64,000 bases of DNA from Lama guanicoe. Its lineage: Eukaryota. Below are positions 39,242 to 54,495 of this stretch, piece after piece; positions within the stretch are counted from its first letter, which is position 1; the number at the start of each line of letters is the position of its first letter. The stretch lies in assembly GCA_013239625.1 (NCBI GenBank), contig MU054323.1:12531694-12595693 (forward strand). Direction: 5' to 3'. Made by a program: the position numbers and the translations under genes. The notes under the pieces are model-generated. The model had not been told where the DNA came from, did not search any database, and was given only the letters and a program-made list of their open reading frames with translations.

Positions 39242-39457
39242 CAGTGGTTCTGAACTGATGGTGATTTTGTCCCCCAAGGATATTTGGCAATGTCTGTGGA
39301 CATTTTTGAGTGTCACAAATGGGGAGAGTTACGATGTTACTCGTATATAGTGGGTAGAGACCAGGGATACTGCTGAACATCCTACAATGCACAAGACAAC
39401 TTCCCACCACAATTTTCCTGCCCCAAAATGTGATTAGTGCAAAGCTGAGAAACCCTG
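39242..39457. mobile_element. MER20-like hAT element
   Basis: CAGTGGTTCT...GATTTTGTCCCCCAAGGATATTTGGCAATGTCTG...GCTGAGAAACCCTG. Confidence 0.8.
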
Positions 39458-40179
39458 CTCTGTGCCAAATCTATTTCTATCATAATTTCCCTGATTTCTG
39501 CCCTTAAATTTCTCCCTTTCATTTTATTCTGTTAAATGCCTTCAATGACTACATTAATAAATACTACATAAATTTCTAGTGGAAATAATTTAAAATTAGG
39601 TATGTGTATAATCAGAAAACTCTCCACCAAAATGTTGTTTTTCCTTCTTTTCATTTAACACTATACTTCTACCTAGTCCTGGGGAAATGCTGTGATACTT
39701 ACTAAGTATTATGTAAAATATTCACTTAATCTGTTTTCCTACTTCTTGGAAGGGAAACAGGGAAAAATTTCTACTCTGTAAGGATCAGTTTTCTTTCAGC
39801 AAACAAATATTTTTCAGCAATTTATTCCAGTAATAGTTTTTCCAGAAGTTGCCTTATCTTAAGTCACCAGGGACACATGTTAAAAGGACTCATCATTAGA
39901 GTCTTCTCATAAATTCTGATTCAACAGAACTAGAATGAATCCCATGATTCTCTTCTTAATAGGCACCCGAGGTGAGTCTTATGATTAGACAGGTTTGGTA
40001 ACAAAAGACTTCATTTGCAGAAGTTAAGGAGCAGAGCAAGGATTAATATTATTAATAAGTTTTAAACATTCTCAGTAAGCTTTACTATTTACCACAATCA
40101 GTTGTCAGAGTTGTTCTTAAAAAATATTGTAAATGTTATTTTTACTCTGTGATACCCAAAGTGTTAATTGACTTGCTAA

Positions 40180-40374
<195 letters not shown>

Positions 40375-41304
40375 TCTAAGTCATATACGAGTAGAAAAAG
40401 ACAATGTTACATTTCTGTGCAGGCTGGGAATTCTTGTTTGAGGGGAATGAAGAAAACCTGTTGCTGGTAAAATTTTACATGTTCCAGATGTAAAGGCAGT
40501 TTAAAGTCTTTTTAAAACAATTTTTTTTGTATTTAATTAAGCAGTTGCAGTTATCTGAATTTTTTTGGTCAGAATTCTAAATTCTGTTTGATTCTCATAT
40601 TCCAGTGAATAAAATATAAAAGCACTGTGTTTTTAAGATTGTGTCAATGTTCACCTAAAAACTTGTGCCAAAAGCACCTGGAATGGTAATTATATTTTAC
40701 TTGAAGGATAAATATGACAACATCCTGATAATCTAAAAGTGCACTTTTTTCTTTAGAGTTTTCTTCTGCATCACAGATCCTGTAGATACATATTTATATT
40801 TATACATATATATTTATGAAGTAATTCTTATTATTCACAAAATATATTTCTGAATAGCCTAAAAATTAAGATATTTTAAGTCCAGTGCTTAAACCTTGTT
40901 TAATTTGGCCATTAAACTTTTTATTTATAAATTTAAATTTGTTTTTAAATTGTATATAATTTTGAAAATCTCATACATGCTTCAGTATGTCCTTGTTAAG
41001 AATTCTGAATAGTAACAACTAAAACCAATTATAACAGTTGCTGAGGTTTGGTTTGTTTGGGTGTGCTTTTACAAACCCCTTTTGAATGTCTAAACATCTG
41101 ATTTACATTTTGTGTTTCTCTTTCTGACCAAAGGAGCAAGAGGTGTAATGGATATGGCAGTCATTAAAATTGTCAATATGTAGAAAAACAGTAATATTTA
41201 TAGCATCAGTAAATATTTTTAAGTGATACTTAAGTCATAAAAGTTGCTGGAAAGAGACCTTTAAAATCTTGTGGTCCTGAATAATGTTACATGAAGTAGA
41301 AAAA

Positions 41305-41340
41305 AATAAAATACTTCCCAGTTGTGTGTTTTGTTTTATA
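41305..41340 (+). terminator. YIPF4: Candidate YIPF4 polyadenylation signal
   Basis: AATAAA at 41305-41310 followed by a GU-rich element GTTGTGTGTTTTGTTTT at ~41321. Confidence 0.55.
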
Positions 41341-44150
41341 ACACCTGTCCTGTATTACTTGATATTTTGAAAAGTATCAGGTACCCTTAACAAGCATACA
41401 ATATTTGCTAAGGGAAATATTAAGAAATTTCTACTAGTGAAATTTTTTTTGCAAATAATTTCAGAGATTTCTAGATGTACCTTTAATTAATATTATCTTG
41501 TAAAGTAGATAAAATATTTTATATCCATAAAGTAGCAAATGCCTAATAACTATTAGCAAGTTATTATATTATCCTTTCTGGTCTCAGCTAGAAGAATTAA
41601 CTGCTGTTCTCAATATGGTAACATGGCCGTCTCTTGGTATGTATTCCTTTAGCAACCTTATCTGTCAGGAAATATCCAGCAATTCTGAAGCAAGCCTACA
41701 AAAATTACCAAGATATCAAGCCTGTCTCTCTACCTTTCCACCTCTCCCTCAACCTACAAGAGAAAAAAAAAAAATCAGATTTTAAGCTGTAGGAAAAGCG
41801 TGGAGCTACCCTTCAGCCAGAATAATGTGGGAAAATTATATAATGCTGATTTTTAAACTCAGCTTAGGAAAACAGATTAGAAGCACCAGAGGGGCAGAAA
41901 GTCTAGAACCTAAAATAATATGAAATAGTACGGAAGAATCTGTAGCTACAGGAGCAGCAACTCTAGAATAAACATTTGTCACACTCCAGGAGTTCCTGAG
42001 ATCAAGACTTGGTTATAATGGATTATTATATTTGATTTCATGGTATTGACCCTGGAATCTTCCTCAAAAAGCTTGGGGGTCCATACCAGGCAGTAGAATT
42101 TTACTAAACAAAAAGTTAAGGTGTTTTAGGACCAACTTCATCAAAAGATGGTTTAAAAATTTTTAAGCTATCATTTCTTTAAGATGTGAATAAAAAGTTT
42201 ACTTATATGGACCATGTTTATTCCTAATAATGTAAGATAAAGTGAGGTAATTATGTTCTAAAAAAGCTTTAAAAAATAATAGCATTTAATCTTGGGAACT
42301 GCCCTGTTTTAGGTATATATAAATGCAATTTATAATGCTTCAGGCACATCCAATATCTTCATGTGCAAATGAGCAAAGCAGTTAAAACAGATTGTTAGTT
42401 TGAAAGCACAGTTTGTAAATGTGTACAAGATACAGTACTCCTACAGCTAATGGTAAGCTGACCATAATGACCTCTCCTTGAATTTGTATATGATAATATT
42501 TTATAAGTCATACTAATTTTAAATCATGATTTCCAATCTAATTAGTAGTTCATTTGTAGTTTTAAACAGAACTAACAAGATAGTCTCTTCTAGTTATGTG
42601 TGTGTGCATGTTTTAAGTGTTATCAGTTATGATCCTGATGAATGTTACTCCTTAAAAAAGAGACATTTTTACTTCTGTTTTAAATTGATTGTAAAATAAC
42701 TGAAATTTTTATTACAGATCAAAGACTATATAATTTTTATTGTATTAAAATACAGTTTAGGAAGATTTCTAAAATTTTATGAACCTTTATTAAACTTGGC
42801 AATTTCTAAGGTCAGTAAGACAGTTTTATATATAATGTGTCTATTTCCAAAAATTCCCCAAATATTAATATATTAATATTTCTAAATTAGTGAAAATTTG
42901 ACTTAAAATATGAGGTAGATTTTTTATTTAAGTATTGTTTAAAATTTAGGTCATTAAAAATTCTGACATAATAAAACATTGAATAAATAATGCTTCTATA
43001 AACTAATAAAAACAGAATATTTTCCATATTCAACAAAACAATATTTTAAGATGATTGTTATTCATCTTTTCCATTTTTATTAGTGCATATTTTAGCTAAT
43101 TTAGGCTTTAGGAAATTGTGACACATTTGTTAAGTTTTGTTAAAATATCTTCTGTACGATTTTTCTTTTGTAATTGAACAGGTTGGATTTTTTATTTGTT
43201 CGTTACAAGAAAAGAGAACAGCTCTCATCATGGGGACCATAGGTTGTCTCAGAATGTTAAAAAGGCCCTATTACAGGATGTAGGCTTGTTTATGTTGATA
43301 TAGTTCTTTCCGATTACATGGCAATCTGAAATAAGTGTTGATAGAGCTGAAAATCACCTTCAGATATTCTCTGCTCTTGTTAGTTATATAAACAAAATAG
43401 TAGTATTTTGTTATTCTCTTTCATAAATGGTTTCTTTAATTGGACCCTTGTATTACATCTTACCTAGTACTACATTTTAATTTCCCTTTAGAAACTTTAT
43501 TGCAAGTGCTCTATTCCTTATTTGTATAGTTTCCTGGCAGTAGTTTGTGTGTTTGAGAGTCTTTGTCACTTTATAAATAAATGCCCAAATATGATTTTGA
43601 CATCAGTTAAGAGTAGACATTCTTATATCTTTGCACCAGACATCATACTATTTTCTGAAGAAAATTCCACTTGTGAATACATTTTCTTTGTAACAAACTG
43701 GTATGAATTTTATACTCTACTGTGCCTTATGGGGTATAGTGGTCTGAAGAGAAATGGTTAAGAGAGTATCCCCTATACAAGGTATATATTATTAAACATG
43801 AGGCTTAGGGTTAGATTTCTCATTTGAAGTTCTTTTGATATGCTGAGGTTCCAATTTGGAGGTTAATTCAAAGAAAGAATGTCAGTATAAATAAGATGAT
43901 ATTAGTAAAATAATTCCCTATTTTACATTTTGTATTGGTAGTAGTCCTGGTTTCAACTAATAATTTTCAGCAAGTATCCACAAGGTTTTACTTTGAAGAT
44001 ATTTATTTTATAGTTTGCAAGTGCTTGAAAAAAATTCCTTAAACATCCCTTCTGAACAGTTTAGGGATATGCTAATACTATCACTTAGATTTAAGTTAGA
44101 TATTAATATGAAAAATATTTTTGTAAAATATTTCAGTACTTGCAATTAGA

Positions 44151-44260
44151 TGAAAAAGAATATGAAAACAAATGTAGGTATATGTATGACTGAAACTTTA
44201 TGCTGTACACCAGAAACTTGACACAACATTGTAAACTGACTATACTTCAATTAAAAAAAA
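44151..44260 (+). mobile_element. Short 5'-truncated L1 3' end
   Basis: Perfect 13-bp TSD ACTTGCAATTAGA at 44138-44150 and 44261-44273; tail matches the other L1 3' ends in the window. Confidence 0.85.
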
Positions 44261-47200
44261 ACTTGCAATTAGAGTATATAAGGATTGTTAATACTTGTGG
44301 GGGAAAAGTAAGCTCTCCTACCTGTAGTAATTTTCTTAAATTAACACTTTGAATATTAAGTTAGATTTATTAAGAATAGAAACCTTAGTTTTTCTATAGT
44401 AGTTGCCACTCAGCAATTTTGATTAAAAATGAAACAGGCAATAAGCTTACCGAAGTATTTACATAGGATCAAATTGAATTACACAGAATGACTGATTATG
44501 GGAGAAATTTGTCATCTGGTGATAAAAAGATAACATAAAAGTGATTGCTGCTATTCACAAGTAAGTGCTGCTTGTTGAAGATGAAATACTGAAATTCTAC
44601 ATTTTCCTCGATTTTATAATGATTCTACTCACTTGTGGAATTAATCAGTTGCTATGTAAATATCACTTAAATGATGTGTATTAATAATGAAACAACCCAT
44701 ATGTTTTATAGTCCTTATGCTAAATTTCTCACTGATAATTATAGTGACTCCATAGGAAACAGTAAAAAATAATACTTGCTGATGATGATGGGCCTAGGCG
44801 CTCGAGTCCCTCATACTTAATCTGCTTTGCCAAATGAGATTTAGGAAAATATGTTGCCTAACACAAATTTATTTTCAACGAATGGTAGTGGTGGTAGCCC
44901 CAAGAACAAAACATTCAGAAGAAACAGCTTTTGAACTGGATATGCTGAGTATGAAGAGATAGTTGATATTCATCAAGTGTTTATTGACCCCTTTTTATGT
45001 GCCAGGTACTATGGTAGGTGCAGGGATACAGTGATATGCAACAAAGGCCACACACATATGCACCCCCTAACCTTAATGAGCCAGTATTTTTTGAGACATA
45101 GACAATTAGTTTCACAAATTGTAAAACAATTGCAACAAATGGAGGGAGGTCTGTGGAGGCAAGGGAGTTTGTAACAGAAAAATTCCATGAGAAAATCCTT
45201 CCTGAAGAAATGCTTAAGCTGAGATTTTAGGGATAAGTAAAAGTTAACTAGGCAGAGAAGGGAGGGAGACTATTCCAGACAGAGGAAATAGCAGGTGAGT
45301 AGAAGGAAATGAAAACTCATTTGATTGAAGTTTAGTAGTTTATGAAATCAAACAGGTATGTTGGTACCACACCATACCTGACATTCTAGGCAATGTTTAC
45401 TTTGTCAGAGCTTTTGATTATGAATATGATATAAGAGATGTGTCCTTTTAATACTAAGGTCAAGATCTGCAATTGTACTCTTGATATATCCCCAACAGAA
45501 ATACATGTACATATGCCGCAGGAGACATGACCATGGTAACATTCATAATAGCCAAAAATTGGACAAAGCATATCCATCAACATAAGATGGATAAATAGGT
45601 ACAATTATTCAGTGGAATCTTTTTGCAATGAAAATGGTTAGAACCATGTGCAAGAATATGGAGAATTTGTCAAGCATTAATGTTGAGTGAAAGGAGCTGA
45701 CACCAAAGAATTTGCACCTGTTATCTCCATTTGTATGAAGTTCAAACACAAGCAAAATTAAGCAATAATATTTAGGGATACATATTGAGGTGCAACGTTT
45801 TTAAAGCAGCTTTAACAAGGTTTACACACCACAAAATTCATCCATTGTGAGTGTGCAATTTGATAATTTTTAGTAAATTTGTATAGTTGTACAACCATCA
45901 CCACAATCCAGTTGGCAGAGTTATTTTTATAAAAAGCAAGAAGATGACTGCCATAAAAGTCAGGTTAATGGTTACCTTTTATTGTGAGGGAGAAGGTTTG
46001 TATTTGGAAAGAATCTTGAGGACTTCTTTAATGGGTGATTTTTAATAATTCATTAAGCTGTATGTTTTATGTACTTTTCTGTGTGTGTGTTAAAGTGCAT
46101 CTTAAAATTTTTAAATTGTTTTAGACAGGTTACACTTAATGTAGTTAAATTGCCACTTTGCATTTTGCTCTTTTCGTGCCATAACCATCTTCATGTTACC
46201 ATTTATTCAGAGAACTCTTCCTTGAATCTTGTAACTATCCAACCATGTGCCCGAGTTAAACTGTATTACATCACTGCTTGTTTTATTCATAGCACTATTA
46301 CTCTCTGTAAGTGTCTAGATTTTTCTTTAAATTCCTCCATTATAATGTAAGCCCTATTGGGGCAGGGAAGTTTTCTGACATGTTCATTAGTGTACCCCTA
46401 GTACTTCTGTTGAATGAATGCATGAACCTGGTCACTGAATCTCAAATTCAAATCCAGATCCAGTGAATTTCAAAGCCAGTAGCTTAATCATTAGTCTTTC
46501 AAAAAATGTTAAAGTTAGGGAAAAGCTCAGAGCTCATCTAACGAGTGTAATCATACCTTATACAGATGAGGAAACTAAGGCCTAAGGAAAGATTGTCTAA
46601 AGTAACACTGTTGACCTGCAAAATTGGAATAAGGGCTTACATTTTCAAACCCCAAGTCAGGTGCTCTTTCCATTACAGCGTGGAACAGCAGAATATAGGT
46701 AGTTGCCTTCTGCCATAATTGAAACATCTTTCTTTTTCCTCTTTGATCTTTTTTATTCCACTTTTTAGAAATCCACTATTAGTTTTAGGCTTACAGGTAC
46801 TTCATGTTAATATTAAGTAATTAAGGTTCAAAAGACTGTTGTGAAGATTGAGTGAACTAGTTAATATAAAGCACATAGAATCATCCTAGTATTCAGTGAA
46901 TATTAGCTGTTTAACTGAGGTCATTTAGATCAATGAAACAGGAAGGTTTCCAGAAATGTATTCAATTATAGAGAGGAAGTTAGTATGTGAAAAGGTAGCA
47001 TGTCAAATTGGTATAAAAAGACGGATTATTAAATAAGTGAAGATGCTGCATCAGATAGCAGTGTGTTTGTTTTCAAGAAACAACCCTACGACCAGTGGCT
47101 TCACTTAATAGGAGTTTACATTTCTCACATAAGTAATCCAAGTGTGTATAATCCAGGGCTGATGTGGCAGCTTAATGTCATCAAGGACTCAAACTCCTTT

Positions 47201-48666
47201 TATATTTTTACTCTGCCGTTTCTGGTGAGTGGCTTTCTTTCCTGGTCTCAAGATAGCTGCTTCACCTCTAGGTATTACATCTAGATTCCAAGCAGGAAGA
47301 AAGGGAAAGTTAAGAGGCCAATGGAGCATGTCATTCAAAGTTGCCTTTATTTAAAAATCTGTCTGAAAGCCACATTCGTTGACTTTCCCCTATTTCTCGG
47401 GGTAGAACTGAATCACTCCTTGCTGCAACAGTCTGGAAAGTATCTTAAGCTGGGCACATTACTGCCTTAAACAAAGTCACAGTTCTGTTAGTAAGGGACC
47501 AGGTAGGTAATGGGTGCCAGATAGGTAACTAGCAGTGTCTGTCTGACAATAACATTATAAGCCACTTAGGAAAATACAAGGCTGGATCTATACCTTAACT
47601 TCCTACACCAGAGTAAATTATGGATATATAAAATATTTTAAAAGCAGAACAAAATAGGAATTGTTTTCATATACTTTTTGGGAGGATGGGGCTTTTGAAG
47701 CATGACATAAATAGAAAAACTAAAAAAGAAGAGATTAAGTAACTCGACTACATATCATTTAGGACAGTTCTGAAAAAGATAAATCTACAAATTGGAGGGA
47801 AATATTTGCAAGGCTAGTGTAGATAAAGGGCTAATTTCCTTAATAAGAGAACATTCACAAATTAGTGATTTGAAATGGGCAAAGCATATACATGGGCAAT
47901 CATATAGTATACACTATGTAATAATAAAAATATAAATTGATAATTTAAGATGGACAAGGAATATAAATAAGCAATTCAGGAGAAATGATTAAAAATAACC
48001 AACAAAATTTTAAAAAGACCAATAAATACATGTCCAGATGCACAAATTTGTGTTTGAATGCAGCTCAGACAACAACAACATTGACCTCTCAGTTTGTCAA
48101 AACCTTAAAAGATTGAGAATATCCAGTGTTAATTGGTTGGGATTATGAGCAGATATGATATTTAGCGGATAGACACTAGCATAGATGTCTCAGTTGTTAA
48201 AATACTGAAATTCGTCTGTATCAGTAGTAAATAGTATTACTGTAACTGAAATAGTACTGAAATTAATAAATTATTTAAATTTTAATGTAAATTTGTTAGT
48301 TCTTTTGTGACAGCCATTGATAATGGACTTTCTGTTGTAATGACATTTGAGAAACAATTGCAACATTAGATTGGCCTGTATCATGGTAAATACTATTGCT
48401 GCCTTGTGCATTACTCATGAATCATTTTATGTTCTAACAGTTGCTACCGCTTCTAAATAGTTTAGTTTTTAATTTGATTTTACTATTTTAGTGCATTGTA
48501 GTTGTTAGTTGAACAGTTAATACAGTGTTTTATTATTTTAAAATAGAAGAATTTGCAACAAGATATAATGAACACCCCAAAACTGACACTATCTGCTATC
48601 AGTTGATGTGGAACATATGCATACCATATCACCCAGCAAACCCACATGTTCACCAGCACGTGAATT

Positions 48667-48846
48667 CAGCACTGTACAATGAAACTTTCTGTGATGGTGA
48701 AAGTGTTCTGTGCTGTCCATACAGTAGCTACTATCCACGTGGCTGTTGAGCACTTGGAATGTGGTTAGTGCAACTGAGGAACTGATTTTCAATTTTATTT
48801 TATTTAAAGAGCTACATGTGGTGAGTAGCTACCATACTGGTCAGAG
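48667..48846. mobile_element. MER3-like hAT-Charlie element
   Basis: AACTTTCTGTGATGGTGAAAGTGTTCT...GTGGCTGTTGAGCACTTGGAATGTGG...GCAACTGAGGAACTGATTTT. Confidence 0.72.
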
Positions 48847-50814
48847 TAGTGAGTGTTCATAGCAACATCATTAATAATACCCAAACCTGGAAACAACCCA
48901 AATAGACAGTCAATTATGGTGTCACACAATAGAATACAAGAAGATTGAAAGATCTGTAACTACATGTAATATTACTCATCTCAGAAACTTAATGTTGAGC
49001 AAAAGAAACCAGACACGAATACATGCTTTATTCTATTTATGTGTGGGACAAAAACATTATGTCGATTACTTTTGAGTGGGAAGAAAAAAACTGAAAGAAG
49101 GTACAGGGGTTGGGGCTTCTGGGATGCTGGTATAGTCTATTTCTTAATCTAGGTGCTGATCATATGGGTCTGTTCAGTTAGTGAAAAAATTTCAAGCTAT
49201 ACGCTTATAACATACACCTTCCTGTAAAAATGTATTTGAATTAAAAGTTGTAAATTGGAGAGAGAAAAAAAACACCTAGAATGTTAGCAAAGTGCTGATA
49301 AGCTTCTTAACATTCTTTTCAAATGCTGTAAATGTTCACATTCTAAAATTGTGGAAGAACATAATGAACTGTAGCTTGGAACATTTCTTAAAACATCCTG
49401 AAATGTCTTTTGATATGGTGCAAAAATTAATATGAAATAAAACAAATGATTTTCATTTCTGAAATGAAAACATGATTTATTGCAAGTGATGTGAATGTTG
49501 AATGCAAACACTGTTTGCATTTCAACACTTGTAGTGTTGAAAGTGCTAAACTAACATTTCACCCCAAAAGCAATCATGTTCATGTAGAGCTCATGGTTCA
49601 AAGATTTGCAGTTATCAATAAGAAAATTAAAGGCTATCATAAATCATTTACAACAATAAAGAAGTTGAAATAATGACTTCTAAAAATTTCACCTAGGAGT
49701 TTAATTGATCAGACAAAAAATATTTTTAAAGGATCATCCAAATTGTTAACACCATCTACTATGTTGTTAATGTTAAGTACAATCAAGGATTTTTAGGCAT
49801 GAAACATTTAATAAAACATTAATACAGACTTACTACAATTTAGGTTTATAGTCTCACTTGTAAAAAAAAATGACAAAAACAGTAAAGAAAAATTTTAGTC
49901 ATCACTGCAAAGCTTCAATTAAAACACATAAAATTGTCTTAATTTACTTAAAAGACAAAATATCACAATTTAAAAACCAGCTTGCTGGCTTTCATTGATG
50001 CTGTGGAGCTAAAGATAACATATGGAGCAAGATAACAAACTTTATTACTGGTGTTCAAGGAAAACTATATAGAAACTTCACTGGGTTTTGAACAGACAGT
50101 ACTATGGGATGCTAGGGAAGAACTCTGGAAATTTTGCCAAAGTTTTAGAAAGATTTCCAGATGTTTTAATTTGGCCCAAAGACAATAAATTTGATTATCT
50201 CCAAGTGATACAATAAAGGTGTAAATAAATGAATCACTTTTAAGTATTTTCCCAATAAACTGTATATTTACTATCATAAATTTATAGTAGCAAATGTAAC
50301 ATTTTTCTGAGAAGGTAATATTATCTGAAGAGCTTAGAATTGTGATAATGATAATTGAAATTACATCTTGGCTTCAGTGGCAGCCTATAGTGCTAGAACT
50401 ACAAAAGTAACCTGGAAATCGTATCAAGCCTTGTATATTTTCTTCATTAGATATTTTGAAATCAGAGCAAACATTTAGAATATTAAAATATTTTTAGAAA
50501 TTTGACCTTACTGAAAGTATTTAGCAGAGATACCAATTCCTTATTTAGATTTTCCAGAAAGTGTTTTAGTGATTGAGGTTTATAAATTAATTTGACGGAA
50601 ACTAAAAGTGTTTGAAACTGAAAACATGAAAAAGAAGCAGAAATTCTTTAAAATAAGGAAATACATATGATATTGTATGTTAATTACAACTCAATATGAT
50701 TTTAAAATAAGTATGGAAATGGAATATGCCATTTGAAATATAATATAAGGCCAATTCAAGTGAAACTATTATTATCTAATAAATTGTCTGATAACAGTTT
50801 GGTATATTCCTTTC

Positions 50815-51145
50815 TGTGGTGGTTAATTTATATGTAAACTTAACTGGGTCACATGGTGCCCAGATATTAGCATGTTTCTGTGAGAATGTTTTTGGATGAA
50901 ATTAACACGAGAGGAGTCCTCCTGGCTGACTGCCTCTTAGCTGGGACCTCTGTTTTTTCCTGACTTCAGACTCAGAACTCTTCTTGGGCTGAACTTGTTG
51001 GCCTTTGGACTGGAACTTCACTATTGACTCTCCTGGGTCTCCAACTTGTCCATTCACCCTGCATAGCTTGGGACTAGTCAATCTTTATAATCTTGTGAGC
51101 TAATTCCTTACAATAAATCTGTGTGTGTGTGTGTTTGTGTGTGTA
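50815..51145 (+). mobile_element. MLT2-like ERVL LTR with (TG)n
   Basis: TGTGGTGGTTAATTTATATGTAAACTTAACTGGG...GTGTCCC-like GTGCCCAGATATT...TTCCTTACAATAAATCT. Confidence 0.72.
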
Positions 51146-52859
51146 TGCAAACACACAAAAACATATTTGTAGAGGAATTTTATTATTGCTACAGTTATGT
51201 AAAATTTACAATGTAGTTTAGCCCTTTTTCAGAGGTCATGAGATATATTCAGCTTTTTGCTGTTATAGCAAATATCCCTAGACTTCTGGGTTTCTTAGGA
51301 TCATTTCTTAGGTATGCTTTTATAAGTGTTTGTCTCTGGCAGCTATTGTTTCTTGATGTTTAGACTTCATATTGTACCCTTACATGGTAGAAGGGGCTAA
51401 GGAGCTCTCTGGGATCTTTTTTATATGAGCAAAATATTATATATAAATATATGAAATATATATTTATAAATATATATTTGTAATAATATATACATTTTAT
51501 ACAAATTAAGTAACTTTTATATAATGTTATTCAAAGTATGCTTTAGTGCTCATTGATTTTCAGGCACCTACATAATAGAAGATAGTTATATAATATTTAC
51601 CTTTTTAAAGCACGAGGTATGCAGGCTTCCTGTAAGTGGGCTGGCATACGTGTAAACAGCTTGTCACAGAATATGGTTACCTGAAAGCTCAATTTCACTC
51701 ACTTCTGAGTACCTTTTGGCTGTTCCTCAAATCTGGCTGTGGTCTAATTGGCACCCAGTGGGATTTCTCTCCTTCTGGTGATCTGACCCTCTTAAGTCTG
51801 CCAGTGCCATCTGCTGTGGGGTTTATTTTTTTGGAAGCTGAATCATACTGATTTCCCAGCTTACAGGTTCATCTAATGCTTCTGTTGTACACTTTTTTTT
51901 AGAGCCTGCGTTTCCTTGTTTTACCATTGGCCTGGCCCATTAATTTGGAGAAGATAGGAAATAGAGATTTCTAGCTCTCTTTGCTTCTAATTATCTACTA
52001 ACAGTGAACTCTCTTCTTTGGATTTGGACCTATTCCTAATAGTCTATAGCCTTTGCTTATTCTGTGTGGTAGCTTTCTGGCTTTAATTTAATGTGTAATC
52101 ATTCAGGTGCAAGAAACATCACATTTATCTGTTTTTCTAAATTAAATCTTATCTGAGCTTCCCCAGGATTGGCTAAAGAATTTCCACTACGGATGGAAAG
52201 TCAGATTCCCTAACTTTTCACTGGATCCTAAACGTTAACCCTTGGCTCTCCCTAATGCCAGATACGGGGTGTGGTTCATTGTTTTCATTCCATGTGGTTC
52301 ATTGTTTTCATTCCATTGCTCCTTCTAGAGAATGCTATTGCTGGGGAATGGTCTTCCTCTGTCTGGTAGGCCCTATTGCTCTTTAAGGGTCACCAAGATG
52401 CCTTACTGCCATCTCCCCACTGATCACAGGCTTTGCTCTCAAGGCCCCTGCACTTATGCCAACCTTGACCACCCTAGAAACAGCCACATAAGAGAAACTT
52501 GCCTAACATCTTAAGAGAAACCCCCAAACCCAATCCCCTTCCCAGTCCCCAGGACCTCTTTTTCTTCTCTGATTAGGCTACTCCTTTTATCCTCCCAGCA
52601 CCACTATCTCCCACATCCCTATTCCATTCTCAATACCAGGTTAAGTCCTTTCTGACTTTTCCATGGCAGCCACTGAAATACAAAGGAGCCACAACAGGCC
52701 CTCCCTGCTTCCTACACGCACACCAGTGGAGAAGAACCCAATTCAAGAGCATAAGGGCTTGATTGGAAAAGGGGTAATACCTCTCTATCATGATGAGGAA
52801 CTACATTTCTATCATGATGGGCCAACAGTCAGGAAAGTAAGACCAAGGTGATTTTTCTT

Positions 52860-53930
52860 TTAACTATACTATGAAACATTTCAGACTGATAAAAAGGTAT
52901 GCAGATTAATGTAATCAACACCTGTGTTAAGAAATAAAGTATTACTAATAGTTTGTACTCCATTATCACATTTTCCTTACTCCACCTACCCCACAAGAGT
53001 ACCAACTCCTAAATGTAGTGATTTTCACTTCTGTGCATTTTGTTAAAATTTAGCTACATAGTTGTACACATTTATATGTATGTGTATATATATATCTATT
53101 CTTAAGCATTATATGTAGCATAGTTTGTGTGTTTAAAAAATTTATGTCAGTGATGTCTTTATATATTCTTTTGCATCCTGCTTCCTCTGTGGGGATACAA
53201 ATAGCTGTAAATTTATTCAGTTCCACTGCTGTAGAGAATTTTCTTGAATGAATATACCACATGTTATTTATTTATCCATCCTCCAGTGAATGGGGCATTT
53301 AGGTTGTTACCAAATATTTGCTGTTACATACATGTAACTATGAACATTGCTCTCATATTCCAGGTCCTAGGGCATGTGCATCTTCTACCTCAATATAAGC
53401 TGCTACATTGCTCTCCAAAGTAAATATAGGAGCATACTCTCTTACCAGAACTTTCCTTTTGCTTCACATCTTTACCAGGGTTTAGTGTACTCAGAATTAT
53501 TAACTTGCCAATCTGATGGTTCCTCATTTTGGTTTTAACATCCCTGATTTCCAGTGGAGTGGAGCATCTTTTCATATGTTTGCTGGCTGTTCAAATTCCC
53601 TTTTCTGCAAAGGGCTCTTGTGCATGTTCATACCCTCTGTTGTTGTTGTTGTTGTTATTATTATTATTATTATTTTATAGTATTGGGTTGTCTTTTTTGT
53701 ATTGATTTGTAGGAGTTCTTTATGTACTCTAGAAACTAATTCCTTGTCACTCATTTACATTTGCAGATACAATCTTCCACTCTGCAGCTTGTTTTTTTAC
53801 TTTGTTTGCAGAAGTTTTAGATGTATATAATTTTGAAACTTTAACATAATTGTATGTAATTTTCTTTCATGTGTGCTTTAATTTTGTTTAAAAAGAAAAC
53901 AACAAACAACTCTTTCCTATCCTAAAGTCA
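52860..53930 (-). mobile_element. Old L1M fragments (with a (GTT)n(ATT)n microsatellite at ~53638-53673)
   Basis: GAATATACCACATGTTATT...GGAGCATCTTTTCATATGTTT...TTGATTTGTAGGAGTTCTTTAT. Confidence 0.7.
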
Positions 53931-54157
53931 TATAAACTTTCTTATCAACCCTGGAAATACTTGAATCTTTAAATATTTATCCTGAGAGGGTAGGCCTGGA
54001 ACCAGACTAACCAGGTTCTAATCTCAGCCTTATCACTTAACTGGAAGACCTTTAGCAATTTATTTAACTTCTATGCCTCAGTTTCTTCAACTATAAAATG
54101 AAAATAGTTAAAGTGGTAAATACTGTATAGGATTGTAATGATAACTAAATGTTAATA

Positions 54158-54495
54158 CAGACATAGCTTGGCGGTACTGCGGGTTTGGTTCCAGACCACC
54201 AAAATAAAGTGAATATTGCAATAAAGCAAGTCACATGAACTTTTTGGTTTCCAGTGCATAAAAAATTGATGTTTACAGTATACTGTAGTCAATTAAATGT
54301 GCACTAGCATAATGTCTATAAAACAATGCACATACTTTAAAATACTTTATTGCTAAAAAATGCTATCACCTGAGTCATCAGCGAGTTATAATCTTTTTGT
54401 AATAACATCAAAGATCACTGATCACAGATCACCATAACAATTATAATAATAATGAAAAAAATTAAAATTTGTGAAAATTAACAAAATGTGACAGC
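54158..54495. mobile_element. Tigger1-like terminal fragment
   Basis: TGCGGGTTTGGTTCCAGACCACCAAAATAAAGTGAATATTGCAATAAAGCAAGTCACA...ATCACTGATCACAGATCACCATAACA. Confidence 0.78.
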
